Made by a program: the position numbers and the translations under genes. Of a stretch of 38,880 nucleotides of DNA, positions 9,038 to 18,378 are shown one piece after another. Below the pieces are notes generated by a model. That model ran no database searches. It was not told the DNA's origin and worked only from the letters and a program-made list of their open reading frames with translations. Numbering within the stretch: the stretch's first letter is position 1; each line of letters opens with the position of its first letter. Where the stretch lies: NCBI GenBank assembly GCA_034439775.1, contig JAWXBA010000252.1, positions 1 through 38,880 on the forward strand. The letters run 5' to 3'. The DNA comes from Gemmatimonadota bacterium (GTDB lineage Bacteria; Gemmatimonadota; Gemmatimonadetes; Gemmatimonadales; GWC2-71-9).

Positions 9038-10422
9038 GCACGCTGGCGATCATTGCCCTGACGGCCGCCAGCACGGCGGCCGTGGCCCTCCTGCTTGCGC
9101 GACGTCTCTTCGGTTCCCAGGGACGCCGCCTCCTTCCTGAGGATCTCGGCCCCGACTGCGACCCTCTGCTGTCCCTCGTGCTGCGAGCCAATCAGGCGCA
9201 CGGCGTCTGGGTCTGGGATGGCGGTGGGCGGGGCCGATTGCGGGCGGTCGTGGCGAGCCTTGGAACCAGTGGTGAGGAACTGATCGAGGCGCGACTGCCT
9301 CGCCTTGCCGCCCAGAGTGGCAGCGGTACTGAACTGCTGGAGCATGGGGTGCTGGTGCACGTGGCAGCGACCGGCCGGATTGCGATGGTGCTCCTGCCGA
9401 GTGGCGTTTCCCAGGGCGGCCTTGAGGCGGCACGACTCGACCTGACCGAATTGCTGGGACGGCTCCAGCGTGAACCGATCCTTGCTTCGGTGTCCCGGGC
9501 CCAGGGCCGCCCGGAGGAATCGGTCGAGAGCATCGCGATGCGGTTGGCCCACCAGGTGGAGCGGTTGCTGGACACCGAGGTCGCCGTTGCGCTGGCGCGT
9601 CCGCAGGGTGTCCAGGTGTTGGGCGTGTCGCTGCGATCAGACCCTCGGTTGCTGCTCGCACTGGCAGCCCCCGGCAGCCCGCTCGACCGGGTCGGGCGCG
9701 GCATCGAGGCCGGACCCTTGGTCTCGGATGATCCGCTGGGTCGGGCGGGGAAGGAGCGTCGCCGGGCCCGGCCCCGATCGGTGATCCTCCCGATTCCCGC
9801 CTCCGACCTCGCGGTGGGGGCGGTGGTGGTGTCCACGCCAGAGGGTTTGCTGCCACCTGGCTCGGTGACCGGGGAGCTGCTGCAGGCGCTGCACGCCGCG
9901 GGGCCCCGCCTGGTGCAGGCGCTGGACCGGCAGGATCTGCATGAGACCACGATGAGCGATCCGCTCACCGGCCTGCGCAATCGCCGGGGGCTTGAGCTGG
10001 CGCTCAGCCGCGTCGCGCCGGGGGAGGGTGCCCTGGTGTACGCCGACCTGGACCGATTCAAGTTGCTCAACGACACCCTCGGTCATGCCGCAGGCGACTC
10101 GGCACTGGTCTATTTTGCCCGAGTCTGTGGCCAGGGCACCAGAACCGGGGATGTGGTGGCCCGGATCGGTGGCGAGGAGTTCGCCATCTGGTTGCCTGGC
10201 GCCTCGCTGGTCGAGGGGGCCGACGCCGCCGAGCGAATACGGGCCGGATTGGAGGGAGGGGCCTGGGATTGGCAGGGCACCCCGTGGTCATTGACGGCCT
10301 CCTTCGGGGTCGCGGGGTGTCCAGAGACCGTGCCCGGTGTCCAGCACCTCGCCGCCCGGGCCGACAAGGCGCTCTACCAGGCCAAGGAGGGTGGCCGAAA
10401 CCGGGTCGTCACGGCAAGCTGA
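9034..10422 (+). CDS. Membrane-anchored diguanylate cyclase (GGDEF domain) with an uncharacterised ~290-aa N-terminal sensor region
   Basis: Frame of track ORF 8932..10422. ATG 9034 overlaps the corA TGA (ATGA). N-terminal TM helix MSTLAIIALTAASTAAVALLLA. The C-terminal GGDEF domain has DPLTGLRNRR, an active-site GGEEF, and an RxxD I-site (RTGD) 5 residues upstream of GGEEF. Confidence 0.85.
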   Translation: MSTLAIIALTAASTAAVALLLARRLFGSQGRRLLPEDLGPDCDPLLSLVLRANQAHGVWVWDGGGRGRLRAVVASLGTSGEELIEARLPRLAAQSGSGTELLEHGVLVHVAATGRIAMVLLPSGVSQGGLEAARLDLTELLGRLQREPILASVSRAQGRPEESVESIAMRLAHQVERLLDTEVAVALARPQGVQVLGVSLRSDPRLLLALAAPGSPLDRVGRGIEAGPLVSDDPLGRAGKERRRARPRSVILPIPASDLAVGAVVVSTPEGLLPPGSVTGELLQALHAAGPRLVQALDRQDLHETTMSDPLTGLRNRRGLELALSRVAPGEGALVYADLDRFKLLNDTLGHAAGDSALVYFARVCGQGTRTGDVVARIGGEEFAIWLPGASLVEGADAAERIRAGLEGGAWDWQGTPWSLTASFGVAGCPETVPGVQHLAARADKALYQAKEGGRNRVVTAS

Positions 10423-10580
10423 GGGGTGCCGGGTGGCAGGTATCGGGTATTAGGTATCAGGTATCAGGGGGCAGGTGTTCCTCCACGAGTATCAGTGATC
10501 GTGGGGCCCGATGCCTGACACCGGCCACCCGGCACCCGATACCCGCCACCCGATACCCGATACCCATTCCCCGGCCCCCC
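10423..10580. repeat. Inverted arrays of phased 7-nt repeats: 8 x CRGGTRT, a 32-nt spacer, then ~10 x AYACCCG
   Basis: Read directly from the sequence.
- Left array 10423-10478: ggggtgc cgggtgg caggtat cgggtat taggtat caggtat caggggg caggtgt.
- Right array 10511-10580: atgcctg acaccgg ccacccg gcacccg atacccg ccacccg atacccg ataccca ttccccg gcccccc.
- A perfect 14-bp inverted repeat pairs 10424-10437 with 10524-10537.
- The element starts right after the GGDEF stop and ends 22 nt before ssrA. Confidence 0.85.
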
Positions 10581-10584
10581 AGAC

Positions 10585-10590
10585 TATCTT
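10585..10590 (+). promoter_or_regulatory. Candidate -10 box (TATCTT) for ssrA
   Basis: TATCTT lies 12 nt upstream of the mature tmRNA 5' end at 10603. It is the same hexamer as upstream of hisS. No convincing -35 is present. Confidence 0.25.
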
Positions 10591-10602
10591 CCATCCACAC
10601 CC

Positions 10603-10963
10603 GGGGGCGACTGGCTTCGACGGGTCGGTAGAAACTGCGATAGCGTGCCCAGGTCCATGGTCCTGGATAATCCCCGTGGAAAGAGTCATTTGCCAACTCT
10701 CAACTGGCACTGGCTGCCTAAGCTGAGCTAAGCTCGCTTACGCACCTCCGATGTTTGCAGCTCGCCTGAGGCGGCGGCATCGGATCGAAAATTCGGGCTG
10801 GTCCGGCGTGGTCCTCCCGCGCGACGGGCGAGATTCAAGGGAGGTCAGTCCTGGTCAGGATGGTCGGTGACCGGATCGGGGCGAGGGCATGAACACCGGT
10901 CTACGCACGTAGACATCGTGGTGGAAGCTGGTTCGGACCAGGGTTCGATTCCCTGCGCCTCCA
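10603..10963 (+). ncRNA. ssrA: tmRNA (transfer-messenger RNA), standard one-piece form
   Basis: - The 5' end GGGGGCGACTGGCTTCGACGGG matches the tmRNA 5' consensus.
- The 3' end has a T-arm (CAGGGTTCGATTCCCTG), then CGCCTCC and a discriminator A.
- The acceptor stem GGGGGCG/CGCCTCC contains the G3:U70 alanine identity pair.
- Tag ORF gcc aac tct caa ctg gca ctg gct gcc taa (10692-10721) encodes ANSQLALAA.
- CCA is not encoded. Confidence 0.92.
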
Positions 10964-11014
10964 TCGAAGTGAGAAGTGGGAAGCAAGCAGTGTGTCGTAA
11001 GGAGCAAGCAGGGC

Positions 11015-11053
11015 ACAGGTGGGATCGGGCTTGCCCGGCCCCACCTGTTTGCG
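11015..11053 (+). terminator. Intrinsic terminator-like hairpin downstream of ssrA
   Basis: ACAGGTGGG (11015-11023) pairs with CCCACCTGT (11040-11048). An inner CGGG/CCCG stem is present. The hairpin is followed by TTTGCGTT. Confidence 0.6.
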
Positions 11054-11137
11054 TTGCCAGGTCGGGGTGTCTGCCGTTGGGTCCAGTCTCGGTCCACCGT
11101 ACCATTTCGATTTTTTCCTTTTCGCCGCGGATATCCC

Positions 11138-12703
11138 ATGCTTCGAGTCGCTGCTGCCACCCTTCTGCTCAGCCTCCTGGGCAGCCCCGCCCTGAGTGCG
11201 CAGGGCGGGGCACCGCAACTTGGCCGGATTGATTTTCCCGCCTCCGGGTCTCCCGAGGCCCACCGTGAATTTGTGACCGGGGTCCTCTGGATGCACAGTT
11301 TCGAGTATTCGCGTGCGGCAGCGGCGTTCCAGCGGGCGCAGCGCCTGGACCCGGATTTTGCCATGGCCTACTGGGGTGAGGCGATGACTCACACCCACCC
11401 GGTCTGGAACGAGCAGGACCTTGATGCGGCGCGGGCCATACTCCAGCGCCTGGCTGCGGGCCCGGAGACCCGCCGGGGCAAAGCCGCGACCGCTCGTGAG
11501 CAGCTGTACCTGGACGCCGTGGAGGCGCTGTATGGAGCAGGGGGGAAGGAAGTCCGCGACACCCTCTATTCGCAGGCGATGGAACGATTGGTCCGGGCGC
11601 ATCCCGAGGACCTCGAGGCCAAGGCGTTCTACTCCCTGTCGCTGATCGGCCTGAGCCAGGGCGTGCGCGACACCACGACGTATCGCCGGGCATCTGCCTG
11701 GGCGGATACGGTCTTCGCGGCCAACCCGGAGCACCCCGGCGCTGCGCACTACTTGATTCACGCCTGGGATGATCCTGGGCACGCCCCCCTGGGCCTGGCG
11801 GCGGCGCACGCCTACAGCGGTATTGCTCCCGACGCCGCGCACGCCCAGCACATGACGACCCACATTTTCCTGGCGATGGGGATGTGGGAAGAAGTCGTAG
11901 CCCGGAACACCGTGGCGATGGGGCTCACCGCGCGTATCCCTGGGCACTACACCAGCTGGCTGCACTACGGACTGCTGCAGCAGGGCCGCCTCGCCGAGGC
12001 CACGGCGTTCCTGGAGGAGATGCGCGAGAATATGGAGTCGCAGCGCCTTCAGCGGGAAGGGGTCCTGGCGTGGATGCGACTGGCCCATGTCCTGTCGACC
12101 GATGCATGGGACAGTGGCCCCGCGCTCTGGAGTATTGATGTCACCGGGCTCCCGGCCACCGGGCAGGCGCCGGAGCTCTATTTCCGTGGTCTGTCAGGGT
12201 ACCGGCTCCAGGACCGGAACACCTTGGATTCGGCCCGCACCGCGCTGGCGGTCCTCCGGGCGGAACTGGCCCGGCAGGAGCCTGACTCACCATCGCTGGG
12301 CGAATTGGACGTCCAACTGCTCGAGCTGCGCGCCCATGCGCAGCTGCTGGCCGGGCGACGGACTGACGCTGTCGCCGTGCTTCGCGAGGCCGCGGCATTG
12401 CAGGAACGGCTGCCGGTGGAGTTCGGGCCGCCGGCCGTTGCCCAACCAAGTCACGAACTGCTCGGCAGCCTGCTGGAGGGAACGGCACCGGCAGCTGCCG
12501 TCCGAGCCTATCAGGGTGCGCTGGAGCTTGCCCCGATGCGGAGCATCTCACTCGGGGGACTGGCACGAAGTGCCAAGGCCGCCGGCCTTGGCGCCGTGGC
12601 ACGGCAAGCGATGGAAGATCTGGAGAAGAATGGGGTCAACGCCGACGCGTCCTGGCGGGCAAGGATGCGACTCGGGCTTGGGGTCCGGCGTCCCGGTTTT
12701 TAG
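11138..12703 (+). CDS. Secreted TPR-like repeat protein, function unknown
   Basis: Frame of track ORF 10976..12703. Start at ATG 11138 gives a signal peptide, MLRVAAATLLLSLLGSPALSAQG. The rest is helical-repeat-like with His-rich motifs (AMTHTHPVW, HYLIHAWDDPGH, HAQHMTTHIF). No specific family is recognised. Confidence 0.75.
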   Translation: MLRVAAATLLLSLLGSPALSAQGGAPQLGRIDFPASGSPEAHREFVTGVLWMHSFEYSRAAAAFQRAQRLDPDFAMAYWGEAMTHTHPVWNEQDLDAARAILQRLAAGPETRRGKAATAREQLYLDAVEALYGAGGKEVRDTLYSQAMERLVRAHPEDLEAKAFYSLSLIGLSQGVRDTTTYRRASAWADTVFAANPEHPGAAHYLIHAWDDPGHAPLGLAAAHAYSGIAPDAAHAQHMTTHIFLAMGMWEEVVARNTVAMGLTARIPGHYTSWLHYGLLQQGRLAEATAFLEEMRENMESQRLQREGVLAWMRLAHVLSTDAWDSGPALWSIDVTGLPATGQAPELYFRGLSGYRLQDRNTLDSARTALAVLRAELARQEPDSPSLGELDVQLLELRAHAQLLAGRRTDAVAVLREAAALQERLPVEFGPPAVAQPSHELLGSLLEGTAPAAAVRAYQGALELAPMRSISLGGLARSAKAAGLGAVARQAMEDLEKNGVNADASWRARMRLGLGVRRPGF

Positions 12704-13836
12704 CCCCGGTGGTCGGTCAGCAGACGGCGCGCCTCCCACGCCCGCTCCCGGGCCCGCGCGGCGGTGGGGGCGAGGATGTTGACGTGTCCCATCTTGCGGC
12801 CCGGGCGCGGTTCCAGCTTGCCATACAAGTGTAGCTTGGCGCCCGGATCCCGGAGCAGATGATCCCAACGCGGTTCCCCCTCGGCCCAGAGATCCCCCAG
12901 CAGGTTGATCATCGCCACCGGTGAGAGCAGCTCCGGGCTGCCGAGTGGCAGGCCACAAATGGCGCGAAGCTGCTGCTCGAACTGGCAGGTGACGCAGGCA
13001 TCCTGGGTAAAGTGGCCGCTGTTGTGCGGGCGCGGCGCCATTTCGTTGATGTACAACCTTCCCCCGTTTGCAACGAACAGCTCCACGCCCAGGACGCCGA
13101 CGTATTCCAGCGCGGTGGCCAGGTCTCCCGCCAGGCGCTGCGCCTCCGCAGCCAGCGCGGGTGAGACCATCGCCGGAACCATCGTCGTCTCCAGAATGCC
13201 GTCGACATGGCGGTTCTCACCGGTCGGAAACGCTATCACCGTGCCCTGCTCGCTCCGTGCCAGCACCACAGAGAGCTCTGTTTCCAGCTCCAGCCGGCGT
13301 TCCAGCACGCACGGCACCCCTCCAAACCTGGCAAAGGCTGCTCGCGCCTCGGCCAGCGAGGATACGCCAGCCTGACCCTTGCCGTCATAGCCCAGGCGAC
13401 TGGTCTTGAGCAGCGCGGGACCACCCACGGCGAGCCATGCGCCCTCCAGCTCACTCTCGGTGACCACGGCCGAAAAGGTGGTGGTCGGGAAATCATGGGC
13501 GGCCAGGAACTGCTTCTCCAGGATGCGATCCTGGGCAATGGCGACGGCCGCCGGCGGAGGGTAGACGCGGCGGTCGGCCTGGAGCCTGGTCAGGGTGGCG
13601 GCGGGAACGTTCTCGAACTCCGTGGTGATGACCGCGCACCCGGCGGCGAGTTCCGCCAATGCCTCCACATCCTCATACCCAGCCTGGAGGTGCCGGTCGG
13701 CCAGGTGCCCGGCTGGACTCTCCGGATCCGGGTCGAGCACCCAGACCCTGTATCCCATGGTCCGGGCCCGGGCGGTGAACATCCGACCGAGTTGGCCGCC
13801 GCCCAGGAGGCCAATCGTGGCGCCAGGGAGAATCAT
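12700..13836 (-). CDS. purK: N5-carboxyaminoimidazole ribonucleotide synthase
   Basis: 378 aa, ATP-grasp enzyme. N-terminus is [11 protein letters not shown]. It lies downstream of purE with an ATGA overlap. Confidence 0.95.
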   Translation of the reverse strand: MILPGATIGLLGGGQLGRMFTARARTMGYRVWVLDPDPESPAGHLADRHLQAGYEDVEALAELAAGCAVITTEFENVPAATLTRLQADRRVYPPPAAVAIAQDRILEKQFLAAHDFPTTTFSAVVTESELEGAWLAVGGPALLKTSRLGYDGKGQAGVSSLAEARAAFARFGGVPCVLERRLELETELSVVLARSEQGTVIAFPTGENRHVDGILETTMVPAMVSPALAAEAQRLAGDLATALEYVGVLGVELFVANGGRLYINEMAPRPHNSGHFTQDACVTCQFEQQLRAICGLPLGSPELLSPVAMINLLGDLWAEGEPRWDHLLRDPGAKLHLYGKLEPRPGRKMGHVNILAPTAARARERAWEARRLLTDHRG

Positions 13837-14330
13837 GATCCGTCGGGGGGAAGGACGGCGTTGCGAACGATCGTCTCCTGATCGGCCCGGAAGGCCGCCA
13901 ATCGGGCGGCCAGGCCGGGATCGGTCCGGGCCAGGAGTGACACGGCAAAGAGGCCGGCGTTGTGGGCGCCCGCCTCGCCGATGGCAAAGGTGGCGACGGG
14001 AATTCCCGCTGGCATCTGGACAATGCTCAGCAGCGAGTCCATTCCCTTGAGGTGCCGGGACGGCACCGGCACGCCGAGGATCGGTACGGGGGTCTTTGAG
14101 GCCAGCATCCCCGGCAGATGCGCCGCGCCGCCGGCACCAGCAATGATGCAGCAGAGGCCCCGGGCTTCCGCCTCTGAGGCATACTGATACAGGAGGTCGG
14201 GCGTCCGATGGGCCGAGACGACCCTGGCCTCATGGGGCACAGCAAACTGCTCCAGCCGCGCCACGGCGTGCTGCATCACTTCCCAGTCGGAGGTGCTTCC
14301 CATCACGACACCCACCAGGGGTTGGCTCAT
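13833..14330 (-). CDS. purE: N5-carboxyaminoimidazole ribonucleotide mutase (class I PurE)
   Basis: 165 aa. Motifs: [25 protein letters not shown]. Confidence 0.95.
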   Translation of the reverse strand: MSQPLVGVVMGSTSDWEVMQHAVARLEQFAVPHEARVVSAHRTPDLLYQYASEAEARGLCCIIAGAGGAAHLPGMLASKTPVPILGVPVPSRHLKGMDSLLSIVQMPAGIPVATFAIGEAGAHNAGLFAVSLLARTDPGLAARLAAFRADQETIVRNAVLPPDGS

Positions 14331-16984
14331 ACGGTGGCCCTGGTGCGATCCATGGTCCCGCGCTCGGCCAGGGCCGCCTGACCGGCGGCGAGCCGGGCAA
14401 TGGGAACCCGAAATGGCGAACAGGAGACGTAGTTCATCTTCTGGGCCTCACAGAACGCAATCGCCCGCGGTTCGCCGCCATGCTCGCCGCAGATGCCGAT
14501 CTTGAGGTCTGGGCGGGTTCCCCTGCCGAGCTCCACTGCCATTGCGACGAGGCGCCCCACGCCACCCTCGTCGAGGACCATGAAGGGATCGTTTTCGATG
14601 ATGCCGAGTTCCAGATACTGGGGAAGGAACCGGCCGGCATCGTCCCGTGAGAGCCCCCAGGTAGTCTGGGTCAGGTCGTTGGTCCCGAAGGAAAAGAACT
14701 GCGCTTCCCGGGCGATCTCGTCGGCGGTCAGCGCCGCCCGGGGCAGCTCGATCATCGTCCCCAGGAGGTAGGGCACGGTCATCTGCCGTTCGCGAAAGAC
14801 CTCTTCTGCCACCTGGCGCACCACCAGCGCCTGGCGACGGAACTCCACGACATGGGCCACGAGGGGGATCATGACCTCCGGCATTACCCTCCCCTTTCGG
14901 GAGGCGACGATGCACGCGGCCTCGAAGATGGCGCGGACCTGCATGGCCGTCACCTCGGGGTAGATGATTCCGAGCCGGCATCCCCGCAGGCCGAGCATGG
15001 GGTTCACCTCGGAGAGGTCGGCCACGATGCGGGCCACTTCATCGGGGTCTCGCCCCATATCCTGGGCCACGACCTCGATTTCGTCGCGGCCCTTGGGCAG
15101 GAATTCGTGGAGCGGCGGGTCGAGCAGCCGTATGGTGACGGGAAACCCTTCCATGGCCCGGAAGATTCCCTCGAAATCCGCGCGCTGCATCGGCAGCAGC
15201 TTGGCAAGGGCCCGTTGGCGGCCGGCGGTGTCCTGGGCCAGGATCATCTCGCGCATGGCGTGGATCCGGTCGCCCTGGAAGAACATATGCTCGGTCCGGC
15301 AGAGGCCAATGCCCTCGGCGCCGAAATCCCGGCCGCGGTGCGCATCGGCTGGGGTGTCGGCGTTGACCCGGACCCGCAGGTGCCGGGTCTTGTCCGCCCA
15401 GCCCAGCAGCTTGGCAAAGTTGTCGGTCAATTCGGCTGGAATCAGCTGGGTCTTGCCGAGATAGACCCGCCCCGAGGTGCCATCCACCGTAATCCAGTCG
15501 CCAGTCGTCACCATCCGCCCGCTGACGATCAGGTGGCCATCGTCCTCGCGGATGTCCAGCTCATGGGCACCGGCGACGCACGGTGTGCCCATGCCGCGGG
15601 CCACCACCGCCGCATGGGAGGTCATCCCGCCGCGCGCGGTCAGGATCGCCTTGGCCTGCACCATCCCGTGGAAATCCTCCGGACTGGTTTCGCGGCGCAC
15701 CAGGATCACGGCTTCTCCCTGCCGCCCGCGCGACTCGGCGGTGTCGGCATCGAACACCACGATACCTGAAGCGGCGCCCGGCGAGGCGGGCAGCCCGGTG
15801 GTCAGGAGATCCAACTCCGCCTTCGGGTCGATCGTGGGGTGGAGCAGCTGCTCCAGGTCCTTGGGCGGGACCCTGGCCACCGCCTCCTCGGAGGAGATCA
15901 CACCCTCATCAACCATTTCGCAGGCGATGCGCACGGCGGCATGGCCCGAGCGCTGGGCCCGGCGAGTCTGGAGGAGGTAGAGGTGGCCGCGCTCGATCGT
16001 GAACTCAAGATCCTGGACATCCCTGAAGTGGCGTTCCAGCGTCTGGGCCACCCGCTCGAGGTCGGTGTACACCCCCGGCATGGCGGCCTGCAACTGGTCG
16101 ATCGGCAACGGGGTTCGGGCGCCGCTCACCACGTCCTCGCCCTGGGCGTTGAGCAGGAACTCGCCGTAGAGGGTCCGCTCCCCGGTGCTGGGATCGCGGG
16201 TAAAGACCACGCCGGTGCCGGAGTCCTCACCCATGTTGCCGAAGACCATCGCCATCACGTTGACGGCGGTGCCGAGGGTGTCGGGAATCTCGTGCAGCTT
16301 GCGGTAGTCCTGGGCCCGGCGCGTGTTCCAGCTTTCGAACACCGCCTCGATGGCGCCCCAGAGCTGGTCGCGGGGATCGTCGGGGAACGGGTGCCCCGAC
16401 CGCGCCGCAACAATCTCCTTGTAGGCATGGGCCAGCGCGAGCAGGTCCGCCGCGGGGAGGTCGATGTCTCGGGAGACGCCGCGGGCGGTACGGGCGGCGG
16501 TGAGTCGTTCCTCGAACGCCGCCTTGGGAACCTCATACACCACGCTGCCGTACATCTGGACGAACCGGCGGTAGGTGTCGTGGGCGAACCCGGGATTGCC
16601 GCTTTCCCGGCTGAGCGCCGCGACAGTGGTGTCATTGAGTCCCAGGTTCAGGATCGTCTCCATCATGCCGGGCATCGACACCGCCGAACCGGAGCGCACG
16701 GAAACCAGCAGCGGGCGCTGGGCATCGCCGAACACCCGCCCGGAGATGGATTCGATCCGCTGGAGCGCCACATCCACCTGGCGTCGTAGTTGGGGATGGA
16801 GGGTCCTGGATTCCAGCCAACTGGCACAAAGCGAGGCCGAGATGGTAAACCCCGGCGGGACGGGGATGCCGATGTTGGTCATCTCGGCGAGCCCGGCGCC
16901 CTTGCCGCCAAGGATGTCCTTCATGGCCGCAGTGCCATCGGCGCGGCCCTGTCCGAAGTTGAAAACCATCCGTCCGTCGGTCAT
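14327..16984 (-). CDS. ppdK: Pyruvate, phosphate dikinase
   Basis: Frame of track ORF 14327..17077. Start at ATG 16984 ([13 protein letters not shown]...) overlaps the purF stop (ATGA). Motifs: [10 protein letters not shown], catalytic-His motif [13 protein letters not shown], and C-terminal ICGEHGGEP. Confidence 0.95.
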   Translation of the reverse strand: MTDGRMVFNFGQGRADGTAAMKDILGGKGAGLAEMTNIGIPVPPGFTISASLCASWLESRTLHPQLRRQVDVALQRIESISGRVFGDAQRPLLVSVRSGSAVSMPGMMETILNLGLNDTTVAALSRESGNPGFAHDTYRRFVQMYGSVVYEVPKAAFEERLTAARTARGVSRDIDLPAADLLALAHAYKEIVAARSGHPFPDDPRDQLWGAIEAVFESWNTRRAQDYRKLHEIPDTLGTAVNVMAMVFGNMGEDSGTGVVFTRDPSTGERTLYGEFLLNAQGEDVVSGARTPLPIDQLQAAMPGVYTDLERVAQTLERHFRDVQDLEFTIERGHLYLLQTRRAQRSGHAAVRIACEMVDEGVISSEEAVARVPPKDLEQLLHPTIDPKAELDLLTTGLPASPGAASGIVVFDADTAESRGRQGEAVILVRRETSPEDFHGMVQAKAILTARGGMTSHAAVVARGMGTPCVAGAHELDIREDDGHLIVSGRMVTTGDWITVDGTSGRVYLGKTQLIPAELTDNFAKLLGWADKTRHLRVRVNADTPADAHRGRDFGAEGIGLCRTEHMFFQGDRIHAMREMILAQDTAGRQRALAKLLPMQRADFEGIFRAMEGFPVTIRLLDPPLHEFLPKGRDEIEVVAQDMGRDPDEVARIVADLSEVNPMLGLRGCRLGIIYPEVTAMQVRAIFEAACIVASRKGRVMPEVMIPLVAHVVEFRRQALVVRQVAEEVFRERQMTVPYLLGTMIELPRAALTADEIAREAQFFSFGTNDLTQTTWGLSRDDAGRFLPQYLELGIIENDPFMVLDEGGVGRLVAMAVELGRGTRPDLKIGICGEHGGEPRAIAFCEAQKMNYVSCSPFRVPIARLAAGQAALAERGTMDRTRATV

Positions 16985-18375
16985 GGCTGGCTCGCTGTCA
17001 CAGGGTCGAGGTGGCGGGCGGCGGGCTGATCGGCGCCAACCGGGATCGGATAGTCGCCCGAGAAGCAGGCGTGGCAATACCCCTCACGTCCGCCGGCCGC
17101 CTTGAGCATGCCGTCGAGGGAGATGTACCCCAGCGAATCCACGCCAAGATACTCGCGGATCTCCTCGATGGAGTGGGTGGCGGCGATGAGTTCCTCGCGG
17201 GTCGGGGTGTCGATCCCGTAGTGGCACGGGCCGGTGATCGGCGGCGAGGCGAAACGGAAGTGCACCTCCCGCGCCCCGGCGCCCCGGATCATGGCCACCA
17301 GGCCCTTGCTGGTCGTCCCCCGAACCAGCGAGTCATCGACGACGACCACCGAGCGGCCTTTGATCACCTCGCGCACGGGATTGAACTTGATCCGGACCTT
17401 GGCCACCCGGAGCGCCTGGCTGGGGTTGATGAACGTCCGGCCGACGTAGTGGTTGCGGATCAGGCCATGCTCAAGCTTGATCCCCGAAGCCTCGCTGAAT
17501 CCCAGGGCCATCGCGTTGGCACTGTCCGGCACGCTGAACACCACCTCGCCGCCGGGGACGGGGTGTTCCGCAGCCAACTGCCGGCCCAGTTCCCGCCGGA
17601 CGGCATCGACGGAGCGGCTGAAGACGGTACTGTCGGGCCGGGCAAAATAGACCAGCTCGAAGACGCAGCGCTTGGCGGGCTTGGGCGGCAGGGTCCGGAG
17701 CGATTCCACCACCCCTTCGCGGATCCGGATGAACTCACCCGGCTGGAGCTCGCGCACCTTGACCGCGCCGACCAGGTCGAGTGCGCAGGTCTCGGAGGCG
17801 ACGATCATCCCCTCGCCGAGCTGGCCCAGGACCAGGGGCCGGAAACCACGCGGGTCGACGATGGCGTAGAGATCGCGCCCGACCGTCATGACCAGGCTGT
17901 AGGCCCCGTCGACCTGGGAGAGTGCGTCGCGAATCTGGTCCTCGGCGCTGTCGGCCGGGGACCGGGCGATCAGGTGGACGATCACCTCGGAGTCGCTGGA
18001 GGAGCTGAAGATGGCGCCGGCCTCGACCAGCTCACGCTTGAGCTCCACGGCGTTGGTCAGGTTGCCATTGTGCGCCAGGGTCAGCGGCCCGCCGCGGAAG
18101 TTGACGAGGCAGGGCTGGGCATTGGCCAGCACCGTGCTGCCGGCGGTGGCGTATCGGGTGTGGCCGATGGCGACATCGCCGGGGAGTCCGCGCAGGACGT
18201 CGTCGTCAATATGCTCGGCAATGAGCCCCATGCCGCGGTGAATGCGGGGCACCCCCTCGGCGTCGAGGGCCGCGATTCCGGCGCTCTCCTGACCCCGGTG
18301 TTGCAGCGCGTACAGCCCGAGGTAGGTCAGCCGGGATGCGTCGGGGATCGCGGATACGCCGATGATGCCGCACAT
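16981..18375 (-). CDS. purF: Amidophosphoribosyltransferase
   Basis: 464 aa. N-terminal nucleophile MCGIIGV, a PRTase motif (VVVVDDSLVRGTT), and a C-terminal Cys cluster (CHACFSGDYP). Confidence 0.97.
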   Translation of the reverse strand: MCGIIGVSAIPDASRLTYLGLYALQHRGQESAGIAALDAEGVPRIHRGMGLIAEHIDDDVLRGLPGDVAIGHTRYATAGSTVLANAQPCLVNFRGGPLTLAHNGNLTNAVELKRELVEAGAIFSSSSDSEVIVHLIARSPADSAEDQIRDALSQVDGAYSLVMTVGRDLYAIVDPRGFRPLVLGQLGEGMIVASETCALDLVGAVKVRELQPGEFIRIREGVVESLRTLPPKPAKRCVFELVYFARPDSTVFSRSVDAVRRELGRQLAAEHPVPGGEVVFSVPDSANAMALGFSEASGIKLEHGLIRNHYVGRTFINPSQALRVAKVRIKFNPVREVIKGRSVVVVDDSLVRGTTSKGLVAMIRGAGAREVHFRFASPPITGPCHYGIDTPTREELIAATHSIEEIREYLGVDSLGYISLDGMLKAAGGREGYCHACFSGDYPIPVGADQPAARHLDPVTASQP

Positions 18376-18378
18376 CGT

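Noticed and set aside
10423-10580. Possible CRISPR array.
   Set aside because: The repeat unit is only 7 nt, tandem and without spacers. The two halves are inverted relative to each other, and there are no cas genes.
10457-10726. Short ORFs across the heptad array and tmRNA, for example MPDTGHPAPDTRHPIPDTHSPAP...
   Set aside because: The peptide repeats are simply the translated 7-nt DNA repeats drifting through the frames. These ORFs run into the tmRNA gene, whose structure explains the region.
10964-12703. Genomic island or prophage integrated at the tmRNA 3' end.
   Set aside because: No integrase or other mobile gene follows ssrA. I could not find a second copy of the tmRNA 3' segment (ttcgattccctgcgcctcca) downstream in the window. 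The composition looks native.
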